Origin: a virus
DNA length: 64,000 bases
Direction: 5' to 3' (one strand)
IMG/VR virus record: IMGVR_UViG_3300030451_003654
Coordinates: 22,861 to 86,860 of that record
The notes beneath the pieces were generated by a model. It made no database searches, was not told the DNA's origin, and saw only the letters and a program-made list of their open reading frames with translations. How positions within the stretch are numbered: the stretch's first letter is position 1; every line of letters begins with the position of its first letter. The position numbers and the translations under genes are program-made. Positions 40,104 to 50,875 of this stretch are shown piece after piece.

Positions 40104-42676
40104 CTAAACATCCCCTTAACCTTGTAGATAATTTCTGAAGTAAATCCATAGGTTTCGGCAATATCATTAAATGAAGATTGACTCTTAGTAATATTGTATA
40201 TATCAATACCGTATAAATCTATATTATGTTCTTCTTTAATCATATTTGAAACATATTGAATGTCCTCTAAATCGCTAATATCTAATAACCCATAGTAGAT
40301 TTTATCTCCCTTCATTTTTCTAAGTATATCAGTTGCTTCTAACATAGCGTGAGTAATTGGTCCTGTTAGTTTTACATCAGATTCTAATAATTTCTTCTTT
40401 ACTCTCTCACTTGCTGTTTTAAATCCTCTAATTCTCATACCTGTTGTATTGATGTAATTTTCCCATTCATCTGAATTAATTAGGGCTATCAAATTTTCAA
40501 TACTTACCTGTTCCTCTTTTTGTTTATTATTCCAAAAACTCAAAGATTCTCCTTCAAAAATAATCTCATCTAATTCAGATTTATCTTCAGTTGCTGAAGC
40601 AACATCGTAAAGACTTGCACCAAATAATATTTCACTTCTTTCAATAATACTATCTAACTCATATGATTCATCTTCTACTACTGAATCTACACCTGCAAAG
40701 AATTTAATATAAGCATTTAAAGCATCGCTAAACAAATTATTCAAATCATCAGTATAAACTAATTCATTTTGATTTGCTATTCTTCCTAAGAATTTATTTA
40801 AAGTGTTTAAATCATCTACTTCTATAATAGGTTCGTTACCCTCTCTCATAGACCTTCTCGCCATGTTAATATTACTACTTGCAACAATTGAAGGGAAATC
40901 TTTGAATGCCTTTGATGTAAAGAATTTAGGTACATCTTCTAACAAAACCATATTACTTGTTAATGGTTTTACATAAAACTCAGAAATAAGAGTTGTTACA
41001 GTTTCTATTTCTTTCATTCTATCTAAATCTACTTGACTCATCTTAGGTTGAAGTGTTCTTGTAATACCTCCTAAATATTGAACAGGTGTACTATCTTGTC
41101 CACCTCTACCTCTTCTTACAGGTCTATCAGGTACTCTTTGTTTTGAGTATTGTAGATTAATAAAATTACCTACACCTTTAAAGAATCTTTCTGTACCTCT
41201 ATTAATAAATTTAACAGCCTCAGAATATTTCCTAAATGATTCAGATTTTTTAATTCCTCTTTCATAATAATTGACAGTATATAGTGCTTCTAAATTATCA
41301 AAATATTTTACAGCCAACTCATCATCTAATAGAGGGATATAAGAATCGCCTCTAATCATAGCACTTTTTCTAAAATTATCCAAGAATTTTTCTAATTCTT
41401 TATCAACAATTTTCTCAAGGTCTTTTTGAAATGCACCCATAGTTTCAAATTTTAATTCAGATTTAATTAATTTAAGAGCCTCTTCAATAACATCATTATC
41501 ATATTCACCTTTCAATTCTTTATTTCTCATCAACAAAGCGAATAATGGGTCTGTTTCTTTATCTATTTTAGTTTCATCTATTTCTTTTTCGGCTTCTTCA
41601 ATCTCATCTACTATATCATCTACTGCCGTAGGGTCAATAGATAAAGTAGAGCCTCCACCTTCAGCATCATAATCTTCTCTTGCAGTTACATTTATTCTTG
41701 CTTCGGCTTCTTTAGCATCAACTTTAGGTCTGTATTGTTCAGGTATTTCTCTACCTATTTCGCTAAAGAAATCTCTAAATAATTCTAATGCTTGATATTC
41801 AGGTCCATTACTTTTAACTTTCATGCCTGATACTTTAATGATATAAGAAGGAAGATATGCATTTTCAGTTAATTTATTAATGTCGCTATATACTTCTTTT
41901 AGTCTTTGTAATTCTTCTTCTTCCTTTTCTGTTTTAGGGCTTTCAATAAGAGGTTGTGATTCATTAAACTGTGCAATAATTCTTTCTACATTTGTCATTT
42001 CATCATCTACTGCACCAACAAACCCATCAAAATCTTCAAATTTAGTTTCTATATTTTTCCAATATCTGTAATATTTTTCTCTTGATTCAGTAGATATAAC
42101 ACTCGCATTTACTAATGATTTTTCTAATAAGTCTAAACTTTTAAATTCAGGTATTTCAGCAATTTCACTTGCTTCCTCATCACTAATACCACCTAATCTT
42201 TCAATTAGTATTTGTATTGCTTCTTTATCTTCTTCATTTAAAATGTCTTTACCCATTCTACTTGCTCTTTGAGTTAAAACTTTATTTAATTCTTCAATTA
42301 ATTCTTCTTTATTTTCAACAGCATTATATGTAACATCAATCTTTCTTGCTGATTTGATTGCCGCTACAAGTGAATCTCTATTCTTTTCTGTGTTTAAAGA
42401 AGTGGCTATTTGATTAGCATCTTTTCCATCAATAATAAAATTACTAATAATACCCTCGTTTGGATTAAAGACCTCTCCCCTTTGTTCTTTATAATCAGTA
42501 ATATCATTGAATAGTCTTTTTAATTCACCTATTCTCATTTTATCATTATCAGTTTCCTGTTGTACTAAGGCAAGTGTATCTTGTAGTCTTTCATCAGTAA
42601 TTCTACCCCTTTCATATCTACCTGCATCTCTAAATAATCTTGTTCTTAATTCATCAGACAAGTTATCTATATCCAT
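40100..42676 (-). CDS. Large acidic hypothetical protein (858 aa), possible C-terminal HTH
   Basis: Long ORF; SFNDIAETYG..SEIIYKVK at the C-terminus. Confidence 0.7.
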   Translation of the reverse strand: MDIDNLSDELRTRLFRDAGRYERGRITDERLQDTLALVQQETDNDKMRIGELKRLFNDITDYKEQRGEVFNPNEGIISNFIIDGKDANQIATSLNTEKNRDSLVAAIKSARKIDVTYNAVENKEELIEELNKVLTQRASRMGKDILNEEDKEAIQILIERLGGISDEEASEIAEIPEFKSLDLLEKSLVNASVISTESREKYYRYWKNIETKFEDFDGFVGAVDDEMTNVERIIAQFNESQPLIESPKTEKEEEELQRLKEVYSDINKLTENAYLPSYIIKVSGMKVKSNGPEYQALELFRDFFSEIGREIPEQYRPKVDAKEAEARINVTAREDYDAEGGGSTLSIDPTAVDDIVDEIEEAEKEIDETKIDKETDPLFALLMRNKELKGEYDNDVIEEALKLIKSELKFETMGAFQKDLEKIVDKELEKFLDNFRKSAMIRGDSYIPLLDDELAVKYFDNLEALYTVNYYERGIKKSESFRKYSEAVKFINRGTERFFKGVGNFINLQYSKQRVPDRPVRRGRGGQDSTPVQYLGGITRTLQPKMSQVDLDRMKEIETVTTLISEFYVKPLTSNMVLLEDVPKFFTSKAFKDFPSIVASSNINMARRSMREGNEPIIEVDDLNTLNKFLGRIANQNELVYTDDLNNLFSDALNAYIKFFAGVDSVVEDESYELDSIIERSEILFGASLYDVASATEDKSELDEIIFEGESLSFWNNKQKEEQVSIENLIALINSDEWENYINTTGMRIRGFKTASERVKKKLLESDVKLTGPITHAMLEATDILRKMKGDKIYYGLLDISDLEDIQYVSNMIKEEHNIDLYGIDIYNITKSQSSFNDIAETYGFTSEIIYKVKGMFR

Positions 42677-44796
42677 TACTCTTCCTCCTCAGTTGATGAT
42701 TCTCTTAAAAATTTCTTAGTAATTAAATACTCTCTAATACCTGCTGCTTGTCCTCTAACTTTTAATCCTTGACTTCTATATTTACCTGTGGTATCATCGG
42801 CAATATTTTGAATTGTTGATGCTAACTGAGCCTTTATAGCATCTTCTACATCTAAAAGAATTTCATCAATAAGACCTTTTGTTTCTGAAAAATCTTGTCT
42901 TGTACCAAACCAATTTGTAGAGTTATCTTCAAAATCACCATCTTCAATAAAATCTCTCATAGAATTTAGTCTATCTTCTTGAGATTCTGTTGAATCATTT
43001 TCACTAAAGTAATCTTCTATATTATCAAAAAATGTATCTATCAATGTTCTCATGGAAACATTATATGGAGAGTACTTATCTCTTTCTAATGTCATTTTAA
43101 TAATAGTCATCAATGCTCTCATTGATTTAATAAAATTATCTTCTGAAGGGTCTGCAAATAATTTACCTGTTGGTAGGTATTGTTTAAATCCTCCCGTTGG
43201 TACTATTTGTAAAGCCTTATCTTTTCCTTCTAATCCTAAATCTATGTAACTATTGTACATTAATGCTAAAATATTTCTTTCAAAACGATTCATAGGAGTT
43301 TCTAACATATCAATAAAATCTGATAGCCCCTTTTCAGTATCAAATGAATACGCTAAATCTACAAAGTCAGCACCTGTATTACCCCTAAAGTTAAAGTATT
43401 CTTTCATTGATTGTCTATTAGAAGTGATTTCATCTTGTTCTTCCTTTGGAAGTTTTCTAAATTCAGCCTCCATCTTGTTCTTTCTTCTAATATCATCTTC
43501 GTATCTTTTAAGCCAAGTAGCATTCTCGTTCTTAACTTGAGATTTAATCCAATCAATTAGTTTTGCTCTTTGAGTATAATGTCTTTCATACTTTCTACTA
43601 CCTTTAGGTGCTTCTTCTAATTGAACTCTTGAAAGAATTTCATAGCCACCGATGTTAATGTCTGTATTAGATTCTTCCATTCTTCTATTAATATAACTAA
43701 TAGTCCAATCGTGAAGATAATCTTTTTGTCTTTGCGTACCTCTATCTCCCCTTCTTCTAACTTCTACATCTCTAACCAATTGTGTAATACTTTGTGATTT
43801 ATATCCTAAGTCATAAACAATACCTATACTTTGATTTCTGATATTTTTAAATATACCTTCGGCTGAATTAGTCTTTTGTAATTTTTCTACTAATTCTTTA
43901 AATTGACCTTCAGTAAGTCCTGCAATTTTATTACCGAGTCTTTCATGAGTAAGTAATTTTTCTGATGATGCTTCTCCTACTTCCATTGTTTTAGGGTCGG
44001 CTACTCTTCTTGTTCTTTCTTTTGTTCCTTCTCTTCTAACTCTTTCGCTTGCTCTACCGTATTTATCTTCATCTTTACCTGATACTACTGTAATATCTTT
44101 CATACCCTGTGCAGAATATTTGTATTTATTAGTAAAGAAATCAAATACTCTTTTATCAATACCACCTACTACATCAGGTTCTAATCTTAATTTAAATACA
44201 TTTTGGAAAAATTCAGGATTAGGATTTTGTATTGATTCTAATCCCATTTTATTATACCATCTTTTATCTCCACTTTTAAATTGACCTTTCGTACTTTCAT
44301 CTATAAATTTATACAAAGCGTAAAGTAATTCAACAGATGGTTCATTAACCATCATATCATAAAGAGCATTCAATGTTTCAATTGTCCACTCTTGATTTGT
44401 CTTACCATCGGGCGAAACAATCTCACCATATGTTTGACCCATAGGTGTATTCTCACTTGCTAAAGAAATATCAGATGTTCTTTTCAAACCTTCATAATGT
44501 TTTAATCTCTCTTCAATAATCTTTAGACTTTCTTCTCTTGTATCAGCAACCTTAGTCCTTCTACCTGTAATCATTTGTGTAACTACACTATCTTCTAAAT
44601 CATTACCTTCCTTAGAAGAATTAAACCCTTCTCTAAGTTTAGTAATTACATTATCTAAATATTTATCTTGTAAATCTTGATTTGTAACTTCAGCAATCTC
44701 TTCTTTAGAAGGTAATTTACCTGTTCTAAATCTTGAGATTAAAGCCCCTACTGATATAGGTGGCTTATCCGCTTTCAATAAAGAAATCCAAGACAT
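42676..44796 (-). CDS. WxxLLK-tagged large hypothetical protein
   Basis: Begins MSWISLLK. Confidence 0.75.
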   Translation of the reverse strand: MSWISLLKADKPPISVGALISRFRTGKLPSKEEIAEVTNQDLQDKYLDNVITKLREGFNSSKEGNDLEDSVVTQMITGRRTKVADTREESLKIIEERLKHYEGLKRTSDISLASENTPMGQTYGEIVSPDGKTNQEWTIETLNALYDMMVNEPSVELLYALYKFIDESTKGQFKSGDKRWYNKMGLESIQNPNPEFFQNVFKLRLEPDVVGGIDKRVFDFFTNKYKYSAQGMKDITVVSGKDEDKYGRASERVRREGTKERTRRVADPKTMEVGEASSEKLLTHERLGNKIAGLTEGQFKELVEKLQKTNSAEGIFKNIRNQSIGIVYDLGYKSQSITQLVRDVEVRRRGDRGTQRQKDYLHDWTISYINRRMEESNTDINIGGYEILSRVQLEEAPKGSRKYERHYTQRAKLIDWIKSQVKNENATWLKRYEDDIRRKNKMEAEFRKLPKEEQDEITSNRQSMKEYFNFRGNTGADFVDLAYSFDTEKGLSDFIDMLETPMNRFERNILALMYNSYIDLGLEGKDKALQIVPTGGFKQYLPTGKLFADPSEDNFIKSMRALMTIIKMTLERDKYSPYNVSMRTLIDTFFDNIEDYFSENDSTESQEDRLNSMRDFIEDGDFEDNSTNWFGTRQDFSETKGLIDEILLDVEDAIKAQLASTIQNIADDTTGKYRSQGLKVRGQAAGIREYLITKKFLRESSTEEEE

Positions 44797-44805
44797 ATGA
44801 CAACC

Positions 44806-45012
44806 TCACAGTTGAGATTGTACAAATGCTACTACTACCAAAATAGAAGGTATTGCAATAAGAATTTGTTTCTTATATTGCTTAAGTTTAGCGAGAATCT
44901 TATCAACCTTTTTCTCACTAATAATTCCTAAATCTTCAGCAATATCGAGAGCATCTTCTACTAAATCTTCTACATCTTCTATTGTTTCTTTAATTTCTTC
45001 TTCCTTTACCAT
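44806..45012 (-). CDS. Small C-terminally anchored membrane protein
   Basis: C-terminal ILIAIPSILVVVAFV; RBS GGTGA. Confidence 0.6.
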   Translation of the reverse strand: MVKEEEIKETIEDVEDLVEDALDIAEDLGIISEKKVDKILAKLKQYKKQILIAIPSILVVVAFVQSQL

Positions 45013-45013
45013 T

Positions 45014-45376
45014 TTATTCACCTTTAATTGTGTCCATAGTATTACTATGAGTATTATTTTCTGCTTCCATAGCCATTTGATGTCTATGTTGTGCTTCTTC
45101 TAAACCTCTTCGGTGTTCATATTCAGCAGGTACTTCTGTAATTTCATTAGCCTGTTCCGCTTCCCATGTTCTTAAAAGAGTATTAAATGCGGGTGCAGCA
45201 ATTCCACCAATAATAGCGATTAATGCAATAAACCCATCAAGATTCTGCAATACTACATCAGGCTTCATAATACCTGTATAAACAACTGCACCTGAAGCCA
45301 AAAGCCACAAATAAATAGCAGGTAAAACAGTTTTATTTACTAATTTGTCGTTAAATGTATTTTTATCTTTACCCAT
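45014..45376 (-). CDS. Two-TM membrane protein (holin-like)
   Basis: Two hydrophobic segments followed by a charged tail. Confidence 0.55.
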   Translation of the reverse strand: MGKDKNTFNDKLVNKTVLPAIYLWLLASGAVVYTGIMKPDVVLQNLDGFIALIAIIGGIAAPAFNTLLRTWEAEQANEITEVPAEYEHRRGLEEAQHRHQMAMEAENNTHSNTMDTIKGE

Positions 45377-45377
45377 T

Positions 45378-45623
45378 TTACATCACCTGTGTTCCAACCA
45401 TAATAGACGATACTATCCCTATTAATCCTAATATTACTTTCTTAATTAAATCAAACCCTTCCCCGATAATTTGGTTCTGTGCATCCATTGATGTTGCTAA
45501 CTCCGTTAATCTCGTACTTAACTCTAACTGATTATCCGCTAATTTATCTAAAAGTAATTCATGTCTATCAACCTTTGTTTCAATATTATCTAATCTAATA
45601 TCTTGAACATCGTCTTTAGCCAT
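45378..45623 (-). CDS. Coiled-coil protein with C-terminal TM segment
   Basis: Heptad pattern followed by VILGLIGIVSSIMVG. Confidence 0.6.
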   Translation of the reverse strand: MAKDDVQDIRLDNIETKVDRHELLLDKLADNQLELSTRLTELATSMDAQNQIIGEGFDLIKKVILGLIGIVSSIMVGTQVM

Positions 45624-45627
45624 TGTA

Positions 45628-45927
45628 TTACTCACCTAAATCATAATAATAATCTTCTGACCTCATTGTATTAGGGTCAAAACTATCTATTTTATCTGAA
45701 TGCCAACCAAATAAATAATTTCTAATTGCTCTTGGTTTTTGACTCATTCCTAATACTCCTAACTTTTTTAGAACATGTTGATTAACATCTCTTACAGAAG
45801 TTTTACCATCTACTGATGACATAAATTCATCAATAACATCTCTAACATTTTTAGGTGGTACAGGTTTCTTTCTCTTTAATATATTTGCTTCTTCCATATC
45901 TGTTTTTAATATTTCTTTCCAACTCAT
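45628..45927 (-). CDS. WxxILK-tagged small protein
   Basis: Begins MSWKEILK. Confidence 0.75.
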   Translation of the reverse strand: MSWKEILKTDMEEANILKRKKPVPPKNVRDVIDEFMSSVDGKTSVRDVNQHVLKKLGVLGMSQKPRAIRNYLFGWHSDKIDSFDPNTMRSEDYYYDLGE

Positions 45928-46586
45928 GTTAATCTCTCCGCTACACTATCTCTAATCTCAGTCCATACTTCAGGATATTTTTCTATTAAAACTTTTTGTA
46001 TAATTTCAACTTGTTGAACAACAACAGTTTCCTCTCTTTTATGAACCAATTGTCCTTTAAATTCTAACATATACTTTAGAGATTCTCTAATTTCTTTTGC
46101 TAATTTTGTTAATGAATCAATTTGTTTTGTGCCTAAATCAGTATTTTCTAATAACTCATTTACTTTATTTTGTAATGTAGTTACATTTCCTGATAATATA
46201 TCTATTTCGTTTAAATCCATTCTCGCTACCTCCATAGCACCGTGTTGTTGTACAATTGGTTTCAAATGTTTTTTCATATGTAATTGTACTTGGGCTTCTG
46301 AACATGATAACATTTCAGCAACTTCTGATATTTTTAATTCTCCTTCGGCTATTCTAATTTCTATTTCGGCTCTATTAGAATGTGTACATAGTGGACAAGA
46401 TGGGTTTGAGTTATCATGATAACTACCTAAATGGTTTTGCATGTGCTTTTTAGAAGTACCTGCCCACCAATTATTTTGTTTATCTAATTCATCACAAGTA
46501 ATATTTCCAGCAAGAATATCCTCTTCTAAACCATCACGGTCTTCGTGTTGGCATAATTTACAAGACTTTCTTACCTTTCTTGTCAT
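45924..46586 (-). CDS. Putative terminase small subunit (two Zn-binding HTH-like repeats plus coiled coil)
   Basis: CKLC...HMQNH and CPLC...HMKKH repeats; helical C-terminus; upstream of TerL. Confidence 0.5.
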   Translation of the reverse strand: MTRKVRKSCKLCQHEDRDGLEEDILAGNITCDELDKQNNWWAGTSKKHMQNHLGSYHDNSNPSCPLCTHSNRAEIEIRIAEGELKISEVAEMLSCSEAQVQLHMKKHLKPIVQQHGAMEVARMDLNEIDILSGNVTTLQNKVNELLENTDLGTKQIDSLTKLAKEIRESLKYMLEFKGQLVHKREETVVVQQVEIIQKVLIEKYPEVWTEIRDSVAERLT

Positions 46587-46590
46587 AAAA

Positions 46591-46779
46591 TCAATCCCTT
46601 GCTAAGAAAGCACTATTACCGCCCTTTCTACTTTTACTTCTCTTCTGTGGTATCTTTTTATTTTCTTCTGCTAATTGTCTAAAATCTTCAGCCGTCAATG
46701 AACCATCTTTATTTTTATCAAGATGCTTCTTCTGTTTATCAGTCAATTTTTTATTTTTAATTACAGTCCACCATTTCAT
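46591..46779 (-). CDS. Tagged EF-hand-like mini-protein
   Basis: ATG after RBS GGTGA gives MKWWTVIK; DKNKDGSLTAED EF-hand-like loop. Confidence 0.65.
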   Translation of the reverse strand: MKWWTVIKNKKLTDKQKKHLDKNKDGSLTAEDFRQLAEENKKIPQKRSKSRKGGNSAFLARD

Positions 46780-46783
46780 ATTA

Positions 46784-48049
46784 TCACCTTCTAAATCCAA
46801 CGCAACCACTATATTGTTTTTTAGGGCATTGCTTTGCTAATTTAATGGGAATATCACTACTTCCTAATTGTTTTGCTAAAGGACAATCAGGTTTAAAACA
46901 CCTACTCTTCTTTTGTAAAATTTCTTCTAATGATGAAACTTGACTACCAAATTTTTCTACTTGCAATTCACCTTGTTGTTTTAAAATTAATCCAGGTTTT
47001 GCTATACCTTCTTTTGCTTTCGGGGTTTCAAACTCATTTATTTCTTGTCCTAACACATTTAACACCTCTTTAATTGTTTTATTTAATGCAATATTATTTC
47101 TTGGAAATCTTAATTGAATATTTTTAATCTTTTCAATACCTTCAACTCTATCATAACCTTTTGCAAAATTTAATAATTGTGCTTCTTCAGCATTTCTAAT
47201 TGCATAAGATTCATTTGTAAATGCAGCATTTAATCTATCTTTCATAGGTGCTCTTGATTTACCTGCTGGATAGATACTTCTATTATTCAAAACTTCTATT
47301 ACCTTTTCTTGTACGCTTTTAATTTGGGCTAACTGTCTTGGACCTGCTGAATTATTAAATACTGCAATTCTGTTTCCATCACCCATTTTAATTTTATCTA
47401 CACCTTTTAGTGCTTTTCTTGCAATTGCTAACAAACCATTCTTACCGTATTCAGTTTCACCTTCACCTGTAATTGCTTGCCATAGTGGAGGTTTTGCTTT
47501 ACCTTTCTTTTCGTTATACCAATCAGAATTTGTTTGTGCAAATTGCCCTTTGAAACCCTGTTTATTTTCTTTCATATAGGTTACATATTCATTATATGCT
47601 TCTGTTCTATAATGTCCAAATACTTGTCCTCTTTCTACGATAGGGTCATCATCAGTTTCAGTAAAATCAATAACGGTAGTAAAGGGAATATTTCTTGGAT
47701 TCCATTTAGGATTTTGTAAAACTGCTAATAAATCTTCAATATCTTCTTCTAACTTATTTCTGTGTTCTGTTTCTATAACATCTCCATCAAAAATTTCTGT
47801 TAATGATTCTAATAAAGCACCTAAACCTTCTGTGCTTCTTGCTTGGTCTCTCGCATAAGTAGCATCACCGTGATTTAATACTGTATCTAAAACAGTATCG
47901 GGTTTTGCTTCTCCAACTTTACCTCCAACAATTCCCCATTCTGTACCTTTATTCCATCTTTTTTTCCATGAATTAAAAGCACCTTTAATCTCACCAATGT
48001 TTAAGCCCTGCTCAACATTATCAAAATCTGTACCTTCAAATTTACTCAT
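46784..48049 (-). CDS. Hypothetical protein with C-terminal Cys cluster
   Basis: 421-aa ORF; ends with CFKPDC...CPKK...C after EEILQKK. Confidence 0.7.
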   Translation of the reverse strand: MSKFEGTDFDNVEQGLNIGEIKGAFNSWKKRWNKGTEWGIVGGKVGEAKPDTVLDTVLNHGDATYARDQARSTEGLGALLESLTEIFDGDVIETEHRNKLEEDIEDLLAVLQNPKWNPRNIPFTTVIDFTETDDDPIVERGQVFGHYRTEAYNEYVTYMKENKQGFKGQFAQTNSDWYNEKKGKAKPPLWQAITGEGETEYGKNGLLAIARKALKGVDKIKMGDGNRIAVFNNSAGPRQLAQIKSVQEKVIEVLNNRSIYPAGKSRAPMKDRLNAAFTNESYAIRNAEEAQLLNFAKGYDRVEGIEKIKNIQLRFPRNNIALNKTIKEVLNVLGQEINEFETPKAKEGIAKPGLILKQQGELQVEKFGSQVSSLEEILQKKSRCFKPDCPLAKQLGSSDIPIKLAKQCPKKQYSGCVGFRR

Positions 48050-49365
48050 TAATCATCACAACCGCAAGGTGTAGTTTTATCATTACATCTTTCACAAGGA
48101 GGTTTTTCACCATACATTATATTTGCTTCAGCAGGTCTAAAGCCCGCATTTGTTGTCATTCCTATTCCTGCTCTTTTAGATAATAAATCACGCCAACCGA
48201 ATTCTCCTGTATATTGGTCGTTAGATTTAAATTCTTCTTCAAACTTTCGTCTTTCTTCATCTGTCATTTCTCCTGCTTGTACTTGTGGTCTATCTCTTAT
48301 TTCTTGTGCTTGTTCTTCTGTTAGTTGGTCTGATACTTCAGGATTACTTTCAGCACTTTCTTGAAATTGTACTAATCTAATTTGAAATGCAAAACCTACA
48401 TTTCCTGTAAATTTCTTAACTAATTCTGTCATTTCAGACTTGGCATAAAGATTTTGTAAATTGTTTTTAACATTTCTTCTAACTTCGTTATTATTAATGT
48501 CGGCTTGTCCATCTCCGTCTAAATCAAAAATACTTTCTTCAGCATCATTAATTACATCATCTAAATATTCATCAACATTGTTAATTAAATTCTTAACATC
48601 CTTTTCAATCCTACTACCTAACGCTGTCCATTGGTCGTCAATAAATGATTGAGGTGGGTCAGCCATAAAATCAATTTCTTCCTCATCATCTTCATCTTCA
48701 TCTTCTCTATAAGATTCTTTGTCAAATAAATGTTGTTGTTTTGTATATGATGCATCAAATATTGCAGACATCATTTCTTCTGTAAATTTAAGTCCTGCAT
48801 CCACCATTCTATTATATCCTGATGAACCCATAATTCCTTGAATACTTCTTTCTGAATCTACAAATGATGCAGGAGGTGGACCTGTACCTCTATCTTTAGT
48901 AAGACTTGTTAAATAACCTTCAAGCATACCTTCAATATTCATCATAGCAATTTCCATACCAATACTTTGAATGTTTTTAGATGCCTTTGATTTCTTTTTA
49001 TCTATTCTTGCAAATCCTGGATTTTCAGGGTCTAAATTAATTGATGATTGTCCAAAAGCACCAACCTTACCTAAATATTCATCAAAGGTATTCATTATGG
49101 TTCTAAACCAATTTACAAGACCCACCTTTTGTAGTCTTATTTCATCAGGTAAAGGTTCATCAGGATTTTCTTCTCTAAAGTCAGCAACATTTTGTCTAAT
49201 ATTACCATCTTTATCTCTAATTATAGATTGTTTATCTCTTCTGAATGGCTTTTGTTTAAACCCATAACCGTCAATAAATACTGAACCATCGGGTTTTTGA
49301 AATCTATCACCGAGTTTGATTTTGCGTTTATCATCATCATCTTTTAGTATATTTCTCCAACTCAT
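48049..49365 (-). CDS. WxxILK-tagged acidic protein
   Basis: MSWRNILK; internal GWRDLLSK; C-terminal CERC...CGC. Confidence 0.75.
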   Translation of the reverse strand: MSWRNILKDDDDKRKIKLGDRFQKPDGSVFIDGYGFKQKPFRRDKQSIIRDKDGNIRQNVADFREENPDEPLPDEIRLQKVGLVNWFRTIMNTFDEYLGKVGAFGQSSINLDPENPGFARIDKKKSKASKNIQSIGMEIAMMNIEGMLEGYLTSLTKDRGTGPPPASFVDSERSIQGIMGSSGYNRMVDAGLKFTEEMMSAIFDASYTKQQHLFDKESYREDEDEDDEEEIDFMADPPQSFIDDQWTALGSRIEKDVKNLINNVDEYLDDVINDAEESIFDLDGDGQADINNNEVRRNVKNNLQNLYAKSEMTELVKKFTGNVGFAFQIRLVQFQESAESNPEVSDQLTEEQAQEIRDRPQVQAGEMTDEERRKFEEEFKSNDQYTGEFGWRDLLSKRAGIGMTTNAGFRPAEANIMYGEKPPCERCNDKTTPCGCDD

Positions 49366-49517
49366 TCTTCGTTCCTCCTTAGAGCCTTAACTAAAGAATC
49401 AATGACATCTAAGGGCATACCTAACTTTTTACCTTCTTTGGTGAATGCTTTTAATGCTGTTTCCCAATCAGTAATATCTTCTTCGGTAATGCTCTTTAGA
49501 TACTTTTCCCATGTCAT
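49362..49517 (-). CDS. Tagged 51-aa protein (not in ORF track)
   Basis: MTWEKYLKSITEEDITDWETALKAF...; TAATG and ATGA overlaps with both neighbours. Confidence 0.7.
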   Translation of the reverse strand: MTWEKYLKSITEEDITDWETALKAFTKEGKKLGMPLDVIDSLVKALRRNEE

Positions 49518-49768
49518 TATTGTAACTCTCCCTTCTGAATCATTTGTTTAAATAACATTTCTACACTCTTACTAAATTTTGTAAAATCTTCAAGAATATC
49601 CTTAGCCTCATCAACATCAAAAGGCATATTAGTTGATGCAGGGTCATCTCCAAAAGATTCTCTTGCTAACGCTTCCATTTCTTCTATATTGTCCTTCAGT
49701 CTTGCTATAAAATCAACAATACTGTTAAGTCCTGTATATTGTTTTTGTAAGGTATCTTCCCATGACAT
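49517..49768 (-). CDS. Tagged small protein
   Basis: Begins MSWEDTLQK. Confidence 0.7.
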   Translation of the reverse strand: MSWEDTLQKQYTGLNSIVDFIARLKDNIEEMEALARESFGDDPASTNMPFDVDEAKDILEDFTKFSKSVEMLFKQMIQKGELQ

Positions 49769-49822
49769 GTAATCGCCTTTGAATACTTTATTTTTTTACT
49801 ACTATATATTAATTACTTAAGA

Positions 49823-50875
49823 TTAGGGTCTATACTTAAGCGCATCATCAAAATTATTTGTAACCCACTCATCAGCAATATCTACTATTTTTTCCATCAT
49901 ATATTCAGCCTGTATATCAAAATGGTCTATATCGGCTCTAATTCTATCTTTCCACTCTTGAGGATAATTAGAATATTTTACAATATTAGTTTTTTTAAAT
50001 CCCGCTAATAATTGTAGTCCGTAATTAGGTATTTTATCTCCTGAAGCCTTTAAAGCATTACTATCATATGTATTTAATTTGTGTGCAACTCCAGCACTCC
50101 AAAAATCAAGCGATGGAATAAATGATTCCCATCCTTTAGAATGTATTAACCATAATAATCTACAAGCATCCTTTCTTGATATATTTTCAGATTTAGTATA
50201 AATAAAATCTACTATAAAAATTTGCATAGTTTGGTAATTTGTTCTATCATTAGGTATAAATTCCATACTACTATCAACTAATTTAGACATATGACTTCCT
50301 TTAAATTTATTACCTACTCTCCTTCCACTAAAATTATAACTAAAATCAGCAGTACTAAAATCATATTTTCCTCCTTCATCAGGATAAAAACTAAAAGCAT
50401 TATATTGTTTAACAAAACTTTCAATTACATCTGTTATTCTACTATAATATTCTAAACAATCATCGTTTGGTTCTTCTTCAGGAACAGGCTCATCTTCTTC
50501 ATCTTCTTCCTCATCAGGTAATTGTTCTGTATCAGTTAATAGTTTTGTTCTTGCTTGAGTTACTGTTTCGGCTTTTCTAATATGTGAAGTGACTTTACCA
50601 ATCACTTTATTTGCTAAACCTGAATTAGATATAATTCTATTACCTATTGATGTAAGCCAAGTTTCAAGCCTAACATTAACCCATGAAGATATATCTTGCG
50701 GTCTAATATCAGTTTGCTTAAGATTTTCTACAAATTTATTTTTTATATCCATATCTGTTACATAAAATTTAGAGCCTTCAGGTAATTCTTTAACTGCGTC
50801 TAATAAAGCATTTTTAAACTCTTGAAAATAAATGCTATGTAATTTTCTTTTCTTTAGAATAGTATTCCAACTCAT
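49823..50875 (-). CDS. Tagged two-domain protein with internal PLPD-type module
   Basis: MSWNTILK; internal QARTKLLTDTEQLPDEEEDE...C. Confidence 0.75.
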   Translation of the reverse strand: MSWNTILKKRKLHSIYFQEFKNALLDAVKELPEGSKFYVTDMDIKNKFVENLKQTDIRPQDISSWVNVRLETWLTSIGNRIISNSGLANKVIGKVTSHIRKAETVTQARTKLLTDTEQLPDEEEDEEDEPVPEEEPNDDCLEYYSRITDVIESFVKQYNAFSFYPDEGGKYDFSTADFSYNFSGRRVGNKFKGSHMSKLVDSSMEFIPNDRTNYQTMQIFIVDFIYTKSENISRKDACRLLWLIHSKGWESFIPSLDFWSAGVAHKLNTYDSNALKASGDKIPNYGLQLLAGFKKTNIVKYSNYPQEWKDRIRADIDHFDIQAEYMMEKIVDIADEWVTNNFDDALKYRP

